A stretch of DNA of 64,000 nt from assembly GCA_964610385.1 (NCBI GenBank), contig CAZSXW010000002.1, forward strand, positions 256,808 to 320,807. Direction: 5' to 3'. Positions 41,664-50,766 of the stretch are shown here, piece after piece (the stretch's first letter is position 1; every line of letters begins with the position of its first letter). The notes under the pieces were generated by a model, which was not told the origin of the DNA, ran no database searches, and saw only the letters and a list, made by a program, of their open reading frames with translations. The DNA comes from an uncultured Actinomycetota bacterium (GTDB lineage Bacteria; Actinomycetota; Humimicrobiia; Humimicrobiales; Humimicrobiaceae). The translations under genes and the position numbers were made by a program.

Positions 41664-42803
41664 TTAGTCCCCGTTATATTCTTTTATAAATCCTTTCCTA
41701 AAATCGCTAAATTCTCCTGACATAATTGCATCTCTGGCCCGGCTGACCAGATTGAAAATAAAATGAAGGTTATGGACTGTAAGCAGTATGCTTGCCAGTA
41801 TCTCCCTGCTTCTAAACAAATGCTTGACATATGCCCTGCTGTAATTTCTGCAGGTATAGCATTTGCATTTTTCATCCAGTGGGCTAAAATCATAAAGATA
41901 TCTATTATTTTTTATATTTATCCTTCCCTTTGAAGTAAAAGCACTACCGTTTCTGGAAATCCTTGTCGGCATCACACAATCAAACATATCGATTCCGCTT
42001 CCTACTGCCTCTATTATACCCAAAGGATCTCCCAGCCCCATAAAATACAGAGGTTTGCAGGTATCCAGATATCCGACTGTGTATTTCAGCAAATCAAAAG
42101 TCTGATGCTTTTCTTCACCAACGCTTAGACCTCCCAGAGCTATACCATCAAATCCCATCTCGGAAATGGACTCGGCACAAAATCTTCTAAGTTTTTTTAT
42201 GAATCCTCCCTGGACGATCCCAAACATCCTGAGTTTACCGGTCATTCCCATTTCATTCCTTTTCCTAAGTGATGCCTCTGCCCAATTTAAAGTCCTTTTT
42301 GCAGCGTCCATAGTATAACCGTAATCCTCATTGAAAGGGATACACTCGTCAAGGACCATCATAATATCCGAACCTATCTGGTACTGCATCTCTATTACCT
42401 TTTCAGGAGTGAAAAAATGTTTTGACCCATCTATTATTGACCTGAATTCTACACCATCATTAAACACTTTTTTTATTTTACTTAAGCTAAATACCTGAAA
42501 CCCTCCGCTGTCAGTTAAAATGCTTCTCTTCCAGTTCATAAATCTGTGAAGCCCGCCTGCTTTTTTAATCACTTCTATCCCGGGCTGAAGGTAAAGGTGG
42601 TAAAGATTTCCAAGTATGATCTGACATCCGGTTTTATACAGCATCTCATTGGTCACTGCTTTTACCGTTGCTTTAGTTCCTACCGGCATAAATACCGGTG
42701 TTTTTATACTTCCTCTTTCTGTTGTTATTATGCCTGCCCTTGCAGGTGACCTGCTGTCTTTTTTTATGACTTTAAAAAAAGTCAAGACTTTTCTCCATTC
42801 CAA
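41664..42803 (-). CDS. tgt: queuine tRNA-ribosyltransferase
   Basis: 379 aa. PVFMPVGT motif. Catalytic Asp region LGGLSVGE. C-terminal Zn site CxCxxC...H. Confidence 0.9.
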   Translation of the reverse strand: MEWRKVLTFFKVIKKDSRSPARAGIITTERGSIKTPVFMPVGTKATVKAVTNEMLYKTGCQIILGNLYHLYLQPGIEVIKKAGGLHRFMNWKRSILTDSGGFQVFSLSKIKKVFNDGVEFRSIIDGSKHFFTPEKVIEMQYQIGSDIMMVLDECIPFNEDYGYTMDAAKRTLNWAEASLRKRNEMGMTGKLRMFGIVQGGFIKKLRRFCAESISEMGFDGIALGGLSVGEEKHQTFDLLKYTVGYLDTCKPLYFMGLGDPLGIIEAVGSGIDMFDCVMPTRISRNGSAFTSKGRINIKNNRYLYDFSPLDEKCKCYTCRNYSRAYVKHLFRSREILASILLTVHNLHFIFNLVSRARDAIMSGEFSDFRKGFIKEYNGD

Positions 42804-42819
42804 TTGATATCTGCCTGTT

Positions 42820-43914
42820 TTACTTTGGAACCTTAGGTATTACTAATGATTCGACCCACTCCCTGTTGTTCCAGAGTGCACATCCGTTTCTCGTTTCATT
42901 TAACTTATTGTGATTTTCTCTTATTACTCTAAGCAAATCTGACCTTAGAGCATCTTTTAATATTATGTCCTTTAAATTGGTATCTGAATACGGAGCAACT
43001 GGACATGGCTCAAGATCTCCCTCAGGACTAATATGAATGAATCCCCTGCCCGCCGACAGGCATCCTCCGAATTTATCTTCATTTCCCGGAAAAGTAATAA
43101 AAATACCTGGATAATTTGATTCAAATTCAGCCATTGAATCCAATAGTTTTTCCCTTTCATATTTATTTATTGCCAGATGCTCAGTATTTTTCTCCACGGG
43201 AACATACTCTAAAAAGAAGAAAAATTTACATCCCTTATCTATTAAGTCCCTAATAAAAACATCATCAGTCAATATATTAAAGTTATTTTTACTTATTGTA
43301 ACAGATATCCCAAAAGGAATTCTTTTGTATCTAAGCCTGCCCATTGCTTCTTGAACTTTGTGGTATACTCCTTTGCCTCTTCTATTATCAGTCTCCAGCT
43401 TCGTGCCTTCCATACTGATTACCGGAAATAAGTTCTTTTGCTCATTAAAGTCTTTTATTATCTCTTCATTTATTAATTGACCATTAGTGAATAAAAGAAA
43501 AATAATATCCGGAAATTTTTTTATTACTTTCAGCAGCCCTGGTCTCATCAATGGTTCCCCGCCAGCTATCATAATAAATGATATACCGAGCTCCTTGGCT
43601 TCTCTGAAAATTTCCAGCCACTTTTCATTTTTAACTTCATAAGAACTTGGTTTATTGTTAAGTCTTTTATTGGCATTGAAATAGCAACCCTTACATTTAA
43701 GATTGCATCTTTTAGTCACACTTGCAATCATGATAGGAGGTACATTGATTCCCCTCTTTTTCCAGTTTGACCTTAATTTCATAGCTCTTTTCTGCCACCG
43801 GATTGCTTTTAAAAATAAGAATAGGTAGGATAACGATATATCTGCTCTTAACACTCTTAATATATTACTGTAATTTTTTGTAATAGAATTATTAATGGAA
43901 TTTATGTAATTCAT
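42820..43914 (-). CDS. radical SAM protein with C-terminal Cys-rich auxiliary-cluster (twitch/SPASM-like) region; function unknown
   Basis: 364 aa. CNLKCKGCY radical SAM cluster motif around residue 70. GGEPLM SAM-binding motif. Four additional C-terminal Cys (GCKFF, GGCLSAG, EPCPVAPY, GCALWNN). Short hydrophobic N-terminal segment. Confidence 0.75.
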   Translation of the reverse strand: MNYINSINNSITKNYSNILRVLRADISLSYLFLFLKAIRWQKRAMKLRSNWKKRGINVPPIMIASVTKRCNLKCKGCYFNANKRLNNKPSSYEVKNEKWLEIFREAKELGISFIMIAGGEPLMRPGLLKVIKKFPDIIFLLFTNGQLINEEIIKDFNEQKNLFPVISMEGTKLETDNRRGKGVYHKVQEAMGRLRYKRIPFGISVTISKNNFNILTDDVFIRDLIDKGCKFFFFLEYVPVEKNTEHLAINKYEREKLLDSMAEFESNYPGIFITFPGNEDKFGGCLSAGRGFIHISPEGDLEPCPVAPYSDTNLKDIILKDALRSDLLRVIRENHNKLNETRNGCALWNNREWVESLVIPKVPK

Positions 43915-43998
43915 ATCACTAACATGGTTATTTATCTTATCTAAAAATTGTCTGAAATATTCTATACTTTTTAAAAAGATTAGTAAAATAAAGTTTTA

Positions 43999-44027
43999 TT
44001 GACTTTTTAATACTTTTAAAATATTAT
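43999..44027 (+). promoter_or_regulatory. near-consensus sigma-70 promoter TTGACT-17 nt-TATTAT
   Basis: -35 TTGACT at 43999-44004. 17-nt spacer. -10 TATTAT at 44022-44027. Read directly. Divergent from the radical SAM gene start. Confidence 0.45.
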
Positions 44028-44033
44028 TAGCGC

Positions 44034-44055
44034 GATATCTGCAAAAGTAGATATC
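44034..44055. promoter_or_regulatory. 7-bp perfect inverted repeat GATATCT-N8-AGATATC at the predicted transcription start (operator-like or 5' stem-loop)
   Basis: gatatct at 44034-44040 and agatatc at 44049-44055, read directly. Confidence 0.4.
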
Positions 44056-44080
44056 ATCCTTCGAAATAGAAGAGGTAAAA

Positions 44081-44119
44081 ATGGCAACAAAGTCTAAAAA
44101 AGGTAAGAAAAAAAAGTAG
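44081..44119 (+). CDS. 12-codon lysine-rich mini-ORF (MATKSKKGKKKK); alternatively the coding-looking core of a small RNA
   Basis: ATG at 44081 preceded by SD GAAGAGGT (44069-44076) at ideal spacing. TAG at 44117-44119. Flanked by a promoter upstream and an intrinsic terminator downstream. Confidence 0.3.
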   Translation: MATKSKKGKKKK

Positions 44120-44136
44120 ATAGTATTTTATTGAAA

Positions 44137-44172
44137 GTCCTGTATCCTAAAAAATACAGGACTCAATTTTTT
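44137..44172 (+). terminator. intrinsic terminator (AGTCCTGTAT-loop-ATACAGGACT followed by T6)
   Basis: 10-bp perfect stem at 44137-44146 and 44155-44164 with an 8-nt loop. A T-run at 44167-44172 follows on the plus strand. May also act weakly for the convergent minus-strand gene. Confidence 0.6.
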
Positions 44173-44182
44173 ATATGGTCTT

Positions 44183-44707
44183 CTATTTCTTTTTCAGTCC
44201 TCTTATAAATCCTCCCCGCATCTTATCCAGCATATAACTGGCTACAAAAGCTGAAGGATCTTTTAAATGAACCAGATTATGTAATCTGGTAAGACTTGAA
44301 TGACTGCATACTACATTTATGATCTCGACTCTGCCCTGTATCCCCGCACCTTTATAACATGTGAACCCAAAGCCCTCGCTGGAGATCAATTTTTTTATTT
44401 CTTCATTATGCACCCTGGAAATGATATTTGTACTTATCAGATCCCTAGACAGCTTTTCGGATATTATAATACCAAGCACGGTACCTGCAGCAAAACCGGC
44501 ACCATAAGCAAGTATTCCGTAAATATTATCAATATCTTTGATTATCCTGACTATAATAGATATAAAAATGGTCACTTCAAAAAACCCTATAATGGCAGCA
44601 AGGGTCTTTTTCCTTCTTACTATCATATTTACCCTGATAGTACCCAGACTTACATCGATTATTCTTCCCACAAATATGATCAATGCCCAGATTATAGTAT
44701 TGATCAT
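44183..44707 (-). CDS. UPF0316/DUF2179 family membrane protein (YebE-like)
   Basis: 174 aa. Two N-terminal TM helices. C-terminal alpha/beta domain (GFGFTCYKGAGIQG...ASYMLDKMRGGF) resembles B. subtilis YebE. From memory of the family. Confidence 0.55.
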   Translation of the reverse strand: MINTIIWALIIFVGRIIDVSLGTIRVNMIVRRKKTLAAIIGFFEVTIFISIIVRIIKDIDNIYGILAYGAGFAAGTVLGIIISEKLSRDLISTNIISRVHNEEIKKLISSEGFGFTCYKGAGIQGRVEIINVVCSHSSLTRLHNLVHLKDPSAFVASYMLDKMRGGFIRGLKKK

Positions 44708-44772
44708 TTTTTTATCCTTTTATTAACTTACTTTGTTTATCAACAAATCATTTTAACATTAAAAAATAAAAG

Positions 44773-45321
44773 TTAATAACCGGTATTCTCTATTATTCCA
44801 TACCCTCCAGTCACAGCATCCTTAAACAAATGGTACCTGGGGGGAAAATAAGAAAACAGGCTGAATGAGACAAGACATATCAGTATTATCACCGCCCCAA
44901 GAACGTTTAAAGATAAAAACTTTTTTCTGATAAGCATTATCCTGTATCCGACTATCTGCGCAGTTGTAATCGCAGCAAAAAATATTGTAATATCCACCGC
45001 CAGAAGTTCTGTACCGGTCACATATGTATACGAATAAAATAAAACAACTATTATTAACGGTATCAATAAAAAAGTTACCGCCTTAGCAAAAAAGAAATTT
45101 TTAACTTTTTTCCCGAAAACAAAAAATTCAATTATCCCCCATATAAATGCCGGCCAAAAACCTATTTTCAGATGCTCCCACACACTCTCATTTACTGCAC
45201 TTATAACAGCCAGCGGTTTCCAGAATCCACCGAGCTCAAATGTAAAATGCAGAAATGAACCTACAAGCGATATAAACAGTATTCCAAACATTTCCCACTT
45301 TAACACCTTTTTCCTTTCCAT
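44773..45321 (-). CDS. hypothetical polytopic membrane protein
   Basis: 182 aa, 5-6 TM helices. NESVWEHLKIGFWP motif. No confident family assignment. Confidence 0.5.
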   Translation of the reverse strand: MERKKVLKWEMFGILFISLVGSFLHFTFELGGFWKPLAVISAVNESVWEHLKIGFWPAFIWGIIEFFVFGKKVKNFFFAKAVTFLLIPLIIVVLFYSYTYVTGTELLAVDITIFFAAITTAQIVGYRIMLIRKKFLSLNVLGAVIILICLVSFSLFSYFPPRYHLFKDAVTGGYGIIENTGY

Positions 45322-45488
45322 CCGAACTCCCTCCTAATTTATTAAAGACTTAACAATTCATATTGTAACAGACTCTAAAAACATATTAACATCATATTGT
45401 CCATATATGAATTTTTCATAAAACAATGTCAAAATGAATAAAAAAGTTATAAAATTGTAGCTGAAGTCCTAATAAGATTTTACATGCC

Positions 45489-46625
45489 ATGGACAATAAA
45501 ACAAAACTTATAAAATCATCCTGCCTTTCATTATTCTGCCTGCTGATAGCATTAGCATTCTGGTTTGCACTTAACAATCTTTTTTTATGGAGAGAAGGCA
45601 GCATTATAACCGATCTATTGCTTGCTTTTCTGCTCTTCAGTATATTTTTCATATTTTCCATGATTTACATGCTTCTGGTCGATAATAGAAAGATAGTGAT
45701 CATTACCTCATTTTTCATAGTCTTTAGCTCTCTTATATTCCTGCTTAGAAAAAACGGTACCTGGGTAGGGATACCGGCTATAATCAGTTATGCTGCTTCT
45801 ACTCTGCTCCTTTTTGCAGTTTACAATATGACCAACAGAAACATCCTGAACGACAGGAAAAACAGTATTGTTTTTCATCCAGGCAACTCCATAACAAAGG
45901 CGGGACCGATACTTCTGGTAGTTTTTGCAATTCTGTTTTCAGTCATTTTCTACTTTAATTTTCCGCTACTTAACAGTGAAGATGAAATAGAAGTGGAAGA
46001 GCCTTTGATCGAACTGACATCCAGGCCTTTTGGCAGTATTATAAACAATTTTATACCTATCTACGATTTCGATATGAATGTAGATGAATTTGTAATCCTC
46101 ACTACCATGCTGGGGCTTCCCTTTTCTCAAAAAGAGGGGGTGGAGCTGGAGCCCCTTATCAATATGGAAGAACCGCCTGAAGAATTGGTAAATTACCTCA
46201 GAAACAAAGGTATATACAATCCTGAGGAAATAAATTTTTCCGAATATCTCCGGGAAGACGAGGAATTCAAGAACATAATGATGGAAGAGATAAAAAAACT
46301 TGCCAATGAAACAGACCCTATCCTTTTATATAAATACAGGAACAACCTCTCCGAAAACTGGGGAATCAAAATAGGCCCTGATGAAAGAATGGGAGAGGTT
46401 TATACAAGACTTATAAACAGTAAAATAAATCAAATACCCCCAAAACTCCTGAGCCTGGCTCTGATTTTCCCTGCTATAATATTCTTCGGGGTGCTGCAGG
46501 TATCTTTTTTGATATTAAATTTCCTATATGCCTTTTTATGCTGGGTAATACTTATTATCTTTTATAAGGCCAAATTCTTTCATTTCAAGAAAATACAGGT
46601 TGAAAAGGAAGAAATAGAACTTTAA
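45489..46625 (+). CDS. hypothetical membrane protein with acidic soluble middle domain
   Basis: 378 aa. 4 N-terminal and 2 C-terminal TM helices flank a Glu-rich segment. Plus strand, opposite to the surrounding backbone. Confidence 0.5.
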   Translation: MDNKTKLIKSSCLSLFCLLIALAFWFALNNLFLWREGSIITDLLLAFLLFSIFFIFSMIYMLLVDNRKIVIITSFFIVFSSLIFLLRKNGTWVGIPAIISYAASTLLLFAVYNMTNRNILNDRKNSIVFHPGNSITKAGPILLVVFAILFSVIFYFNFPLLNSEDEIEVEEPLIELTSRPFGSIINNFIPIYDFDMNVDEFVILTTMLGLPFSQKEGVELEPLINMEEPPEELVNYLRNKGIYNPEEINFSEYLREDEEFKNIMMEEIKKLANETDPILLYKYRNNLSENWGIKIGPDERMGEVYTRLINSKINQIPPKLLSLALIFPAIIFFGVLQVSFLILNFLYAFLCWVILIIFYKAKFFHFKKIQVEKEEIEL

Positions 46626-46766
46626 AATCCTTTTATTTTAAAATTCTTAGATAAATCACAGAGACTTTATGATTTATGAAATAATAGTATAATATAAATA
46701 TATATGTATCAAATATTAATTTTTAAAAAGTGAACTCGTTTTAACATTCACTAAATTTTTATAAGA

Positions 46767-48617
46767 ATGATAACAAAAACAAGTTTATTGGAAGAATTTA
46801 TAAGATCGCATGTAAAATTGCACGAAGACCTTTCTGATATAGAAAATAAAAAGGTCAATGATAAATATATAAACCGTATCATAAAGAAAAATGAGCTTTT
46901 CCATTCCCTTATGATAAATGAATTACCGGGAATGGTTTATAGCTGCAGAAATGATAGTAACTGGACCATGGAATTCGTTAGTAAAGGATGCATACAGCTG
47001 ACCGGATACAAACCAGCTGATTTAATCCTTAATAACAGAATCTCCTATGAAGAAATTATTTATCCCGAAGATAGAAAGGCAGTAAGAGATAAAGTTGAAA
47101 AAGCGTTAAAAAAATCGAAACAATTCCAACTTGAATATAGAATAGTCACTGCCGATAAAAAGATAAAATACGTTTCAGAAATAGGTCAGTTTTTTCCTCT
47201 TCCCTATGATAACCTTCAGATGCTCGAGGGCTTTATAATTGATATAACTGATAAAAAACATACAGAAGAACTTTTAAGAGATAAAGAGGAAAATTACAGA
47301 CTTCTATTTGAATCATCTCCCGTAGGTATTGCTCTTATAAATACCAGAGGATTTACAACTGCCATAAATGATATAGTGCTTGATTATACTGGATTTTCCA
47401 AGCAGGATATACTGGGCAAGCATTTTACAAAATTAAAATTCTTTTCAATTAAAGATATGCCCAGGTATATTGGGTTTTTTAAAAGTTTGAAAACCGGTAA
47501 AAAATTAAAACCTCAATTAATCAGCTGGAAAAATATTGATGGAGTAAGTTTTATAGGCGAAGCACGAACATCATTAATAAGAAAGAATAAGAAAATTACA
47601 GGTATCCAGGTAATATTGACAGATATAACTAAACGCATAAAAACCGAACAGGAATTAAGAGAAAGTGAGGAATTTAACAAAAGCATCCTGGAAAACTCTC
47701 CAAGCCCTACGCTAGTTATAAATCCTGACAAGTCTGTAAGATATGTAAATCCCGCACTGGAAAAAATTACCGGTTTTTCATTTGAAGAAAATATCGGTAT
47801 AAAACCGCCTTATCCATACTGGCCAAAGGAAATTATAAAAAGCTGTAAGGACAAGCTGAACTATGCAATGAAAAAAGATATGTTAGTTCCCGAATTACAG
47901 TTTATAAATAAAAACGGACAGAGATTCTGGGTTGAACTCAGAACATCTCCTTTGATAATCAATAGAAAATTAAAATATTTATTGGTCAATTTCATAGATA
48001 TAACAGACAGAAAAAAATCCTTTCAGGAACTGGAAAAAACACTTGAAGACACTATAAATACCCTAGCTTTTATAGTTGAAAAAAGAGACCCATATACATC
48101 CGGACATCAGAAGAGAGTTGCTTACTTAGCTATAAAAATTGCTGAAAAGCTAAAACTCGATAATAAAAAAATTAAAATCTTAAAAACAGCCGCTATAATT
48201 CATGATATCGGTAAAATAAATATACCTACTTCTATTCTTTCAAAAACGGGAAAACTAATGTATATAGAATATAATATGATAAAAACCCATCCGCAGGTAG
48301 GTTTTGATATTGTCAAAAATATTGAATTTTATCATCCAGTAGCCAGAATTATACTTCAGCATCACGAGAGAGAGAATGGATCAGGTTATCCCAATGGATT
48401 AAAGGGTAGAGATATATTACTTGAAGCTAAAATTATTGGCGTAGCTGACGTCGTAGAAGCAATGTCTTCACATAGGCCATATAGGCCCGCTCTCGGTATA
48501 AAAAGTGCCCTCGAAGAGATTACGAGAAATAAAGGCATCCTATACGATCCTCAGGTAGTAGAAGCCTGCCTTAAAGTTATAAACTCTAAATCTTTTTCTT
48601 TTAACGACAATGAATGA
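46767..48617 (+). CDS. PAS/PAC sensor protein with C-terminal HD-GYP domain (predicted c-di-GMP phosphodiesterase)
   Basis: 616 aa. Three PAS-like repeats. HDIGKI...HHERENGSGYPNGL motif set. Confidence 0.8.
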   Translation: MITKTSLLEEFIRSHVKLHEDLSDIENKKVNDKYINRIIKKNELFHSLMINELPGMVYSCRNDSNWTMEFVSKGCIQLTGYKPADLILNNRISYEEIIYPEDRKAVRDKVEKALKKSKQFQLEYRIVTADKKIKYVSEIGQFFPLPYDNLQMLEGFIIDITDKKHTEELLRDKEENYRLLFESSPVGIALINTRGFTTAINDIVLDYTGFSKQDILGKHFTKLKFFSIKDMPRYIGFFKSLKTGKKLKPQLISWKNIDGVSFIGEARTSLIRKNKKITGIQVILTDITKRIKTEQELRESEEFNKSILENSPSPTLVINPDKSVRYVNPALEKITGFSFEENIGIKPPYPYWPKEIIKSCKDKLNYAMKKDMLVPELQFINKNGQRFWVELRTSPLIINRKLKYLLVNFIDITDRKKSFQELEKTLEDTINTLAFIVEKRDPYTSGHQKRVAYLAIKIAEKLKLDNKKIKILKTAAIIHDIGKINIPTSILSKTGKLMYIEYNMIKTHPQVGFDIVKNIEFYHPVARIILQHHERENGSGYPNGLKGRDILLEAKIIGVADVVEAMSSHRPYRPALGIKSALEEITRNKGILYDPQVVEACLKVINSKSFSFNDNE

Positions 48618-48685
48618 TTGAGAATTGCAATTCTATTATTAAAATAACCAGCCTTTAAAATGGCTTTTAAAAAATAGAATGATTT

Positions 48686-49699
48686 TTATTTTATCAGCAT
48701 ACAATCCCCGAAACTGTAAAAACGGTAATTATTCTTCTTTGCCTGCTCGTATGCATTTAAAATCTTTTCTCTTCCTGCAAAAGCAGAGACCATAACCAGT
48801 AAAGTAGACCTGGGCAGATGGAAATTAGTTATCATCCAGTCCACTATCTTAAAGTTGTAGCCGGGATATATATAAATATCAGTGGCTCCTCTGTCTCCTT
48901 TTATTTTCCCATATTTTGACATCAATGTTTCCAAAACCCTTACCACGGTCGTTCCTACTGCTATGACTCTGTGGCCCGTGCTCTTTGACCTGGTGATTTT
49001 TTCCGCTTCTGTATCTTCTATATAATAATTTTCGCTGTGCATTTTATGTTCTTCTATCTCTTCCGATAAAATAGGCCTGAATGTGTCAAGCCCTACCTCC
49101 AGACCTACCTTGGCTACAATTACACCCATATTACCTATCTTTTCCATCAACTTTTTAGAAAAATGAAGTCCTGCTGTCGGGGCAGCCGATGAACCTTCTC
49201 TTTTGGCATAAACAGTCTGGTACCGGGACCGGTCTATGTCCTTGCTCTTAATATAGGGAGGTAAGGGAATAGTACCATGTTTTTCATAAATGCTCTCCAC
49301 GGGTGTATTAAATTCAACCAGAGCTTTTCCGTATTCAAGTTTTGACTTTACAGTAAAATGGTATTCACCAATATATACTTTATTACCTGGTTTTAGTCTT
49401 TTTGCAGGTTTAAGCAGCACCAGATAACCACTGCCTTCTGCTTTGTTTAAAACAAAGCATTCAATCCCTGCACCCGTCTTTTCCTTTACTCCTATCAGCC
49501 TGCACTTGGAAACCTTGCTCTCATTTACAACCAGCACGTCTCCTTTTCCCAGATAATTTAAAATATTGCGAAAAACATCATGTTTTATACCGCCGGTTTT
49601 TCTGTCCAGTATCAGGAGTTTGGAATCGTCCCTCTCAGGTAATGGTCTTTGGGCTATAAATTTTTGGGGCAGCCGGTAGTCAAATAATTCTGTTCTCAT
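48686..49699 (-). CDS. queA: S-adenosylmethionine:tRNA ribosyltransferase-isomerase
   Basis: 337 aa. N-terminus MRTELFDYRLPQKFIAQRPL and VVNESKV motif. Confidence 0.9.
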   Translation of the reverse strand: MRTELFDYRLPQKFIAQRPLPERDDSKLLILDRKTGGIKHDVFRNILNYLGKGDVLVVNESKVSKCRLIGVKEKTGAGIECFVLNKAEGSGYLVLLKPAKRLKPGNKVYIGEYHFTVKSKLEYGKALVEFNTPVESIYEKHGTIPLPPYIKSKDIDRSRYQTVYAKREGSSAAPTAGLHFSKKLMEKIGNMGVIVAKVGLEVGLDTFRPILSEEIEEHKMHSENYYIEDTEAEKITRSKSTGHRVIAVGTTVVRVLETLMSKYGKIKGDRGATDIYIYPGYNFKIVDWMITNFHLPRSTLLVMVSAFAGREKILNAYEQAKKNNYRFYSFGDCMLIK

Positions 49700-49711
49700 G
49701 GCTTATATAAA

Positions 49712-50761
49712 CTATTCAAATAGTTTCGGGTTTGATTTTTTCTCTATTCCCATATATTTATAGGCAAGTCTTGTAGCCACCCTGCCCTTGGAAGTTCTTT
49801 TAACAAAGCCGAGTTGAAGTAGATACGGCTCGTAAACATCTTCAACAGTATCAGCCTCTTCTCCTATTGATGCTGCCAGGGTCCCTATACCTACAGGTCC
49901 TCCCTCAAACTTAAACACCAGCGTGTTTAAGATCTTTTTATCAACTACATCCAGTCCCAGCTTATCTATATCCAGCCTGCTGAGTGCCTTTTCTGCTATC
50001 TGGTCATCTATCAGATTATTACTGTACATCAGGGCATAGTCACGCACCCTTCTGAGCAGTCTGTTGGCTATTCTCGGTGTTCCCCTGCTTCTGCCCGCAA
50101 TTACCTTTGCCCCATTATCCGTTATATCTATCCTAAATATCCCTGCCGATCTTTTGATTATTTTTATTATGCTTTTCTCATTATAATAATCCAACCTCAG
50201 GTTCACACCGAACCTTTCCCTTAGGGGAGGAGCTACAAGACCTATTCTTGTAGTGGCGCCGATAATGGTAAAGGGGGCAATATCAATCCTTATCGATTTT
50301 GCCGAAGGTCCCTTTCCTATTATTATATCCAGTTTATAGTCTTCCATTGCGGGGTACAGTATCTCCTCCACTCCTCTGCTTAATCTGTGGATCTCGTCTA
50401 CAAACAGAACATCAAAATTTTCAAGATTTGTAAGTATGGCAGCCAGATCTCCTGCTCTTTCAATAGCAGGACCGGAAGTTATTTTAAAGCCCACTTCCAG
50501 CTCATTTGCTATCACTTCAGCAAGGCATGTTTTGCCCAGGCCGGGTGGACCTGATAATATCACATGGTCCAGCGGCTCTTTCCTTTTTTTGGCAGATTTA
50601 ATAAAGACCAGTAGATTTTCTATTATTTTATCCTGCCCTATAAATTCCGATATAAATCTCGGGCGCAGGCTTTTATCCAGCTCGGTATCTACCTTTATAT
50701 GCTTGGGATTTATATCATCGATCTCCTGATCATTTTTTATTATATTTTTTTTCTTTTCCAT
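49712..50761 (-). CDS. ruvB: Holliday junction branch migration ATPase RuvB
   Basis: 349 aa. Walker [12 protein letters not shown]+ and winged-helix regions. Confidence 0.95.
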   Translation of the reverse strand: MEKKKNIIKNDQEIDDINPKHIKVDTELDKSLRPRFISEFIGQDKIIENLLVFIKSAKKRKEPLDHVILSGPPGLGKTCLAEVIANELEVGFKITSGPAIERAGDLAAILTNLENFDVLFVDEIHRLSRGVEEILYPAMEDYKLDIIIGKGPSAKSIRIDIAPFTIIGATTRIGLVAPPLRERFGVNLRLDYYNEKSIIKIIKRSAGIFRIDITDNGAKVIAGRSRGTPRIANRLLRRVRDYALMYSNNLIDDQIAEKALSRLDIDKLGLDVVDKKILNTLVFKFEGGPVGIGTLAASIGEEADTVEDVYEPYLLQLGFVKRTSKGRVATRLAYKYMGIEKKSNPKLFE

Positions 50762-50766
50762 TTTTC

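Noticed and set aside
41684-41893. 69-aa minus-strand ORF overlapping the 3' end of tgt in another frame (also 31487-31669 inside aspS and 42972-43160 inside the rSAM gene)
   Set aside because: Alternate-frame ORFs inside strongly supported genes, with no independent signals.
43915-44182. Mini-ORF peptide as a RiPP precursor for the adjacent radical SAM enzyme
   Set aside because: 12 aa with no Cys/Ser/Thr-rich core is too short for known rSAM RiPP precursors, and it lies on the opposite strand. Retained only as an independent small gene or sRNA candidate.
48618-48685. Convergent-gene spacer between the HD-GYP gene and queA with a GAATTGCAATTC palindrome and a 4-bp AGCC/GGCT hairpin flanked by T/A runs
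   Set aside because: Stems too short or AT-poor in length for a confident intrinsic terminator. May act as a weak bidirectional terminator but evidence is insufficient.
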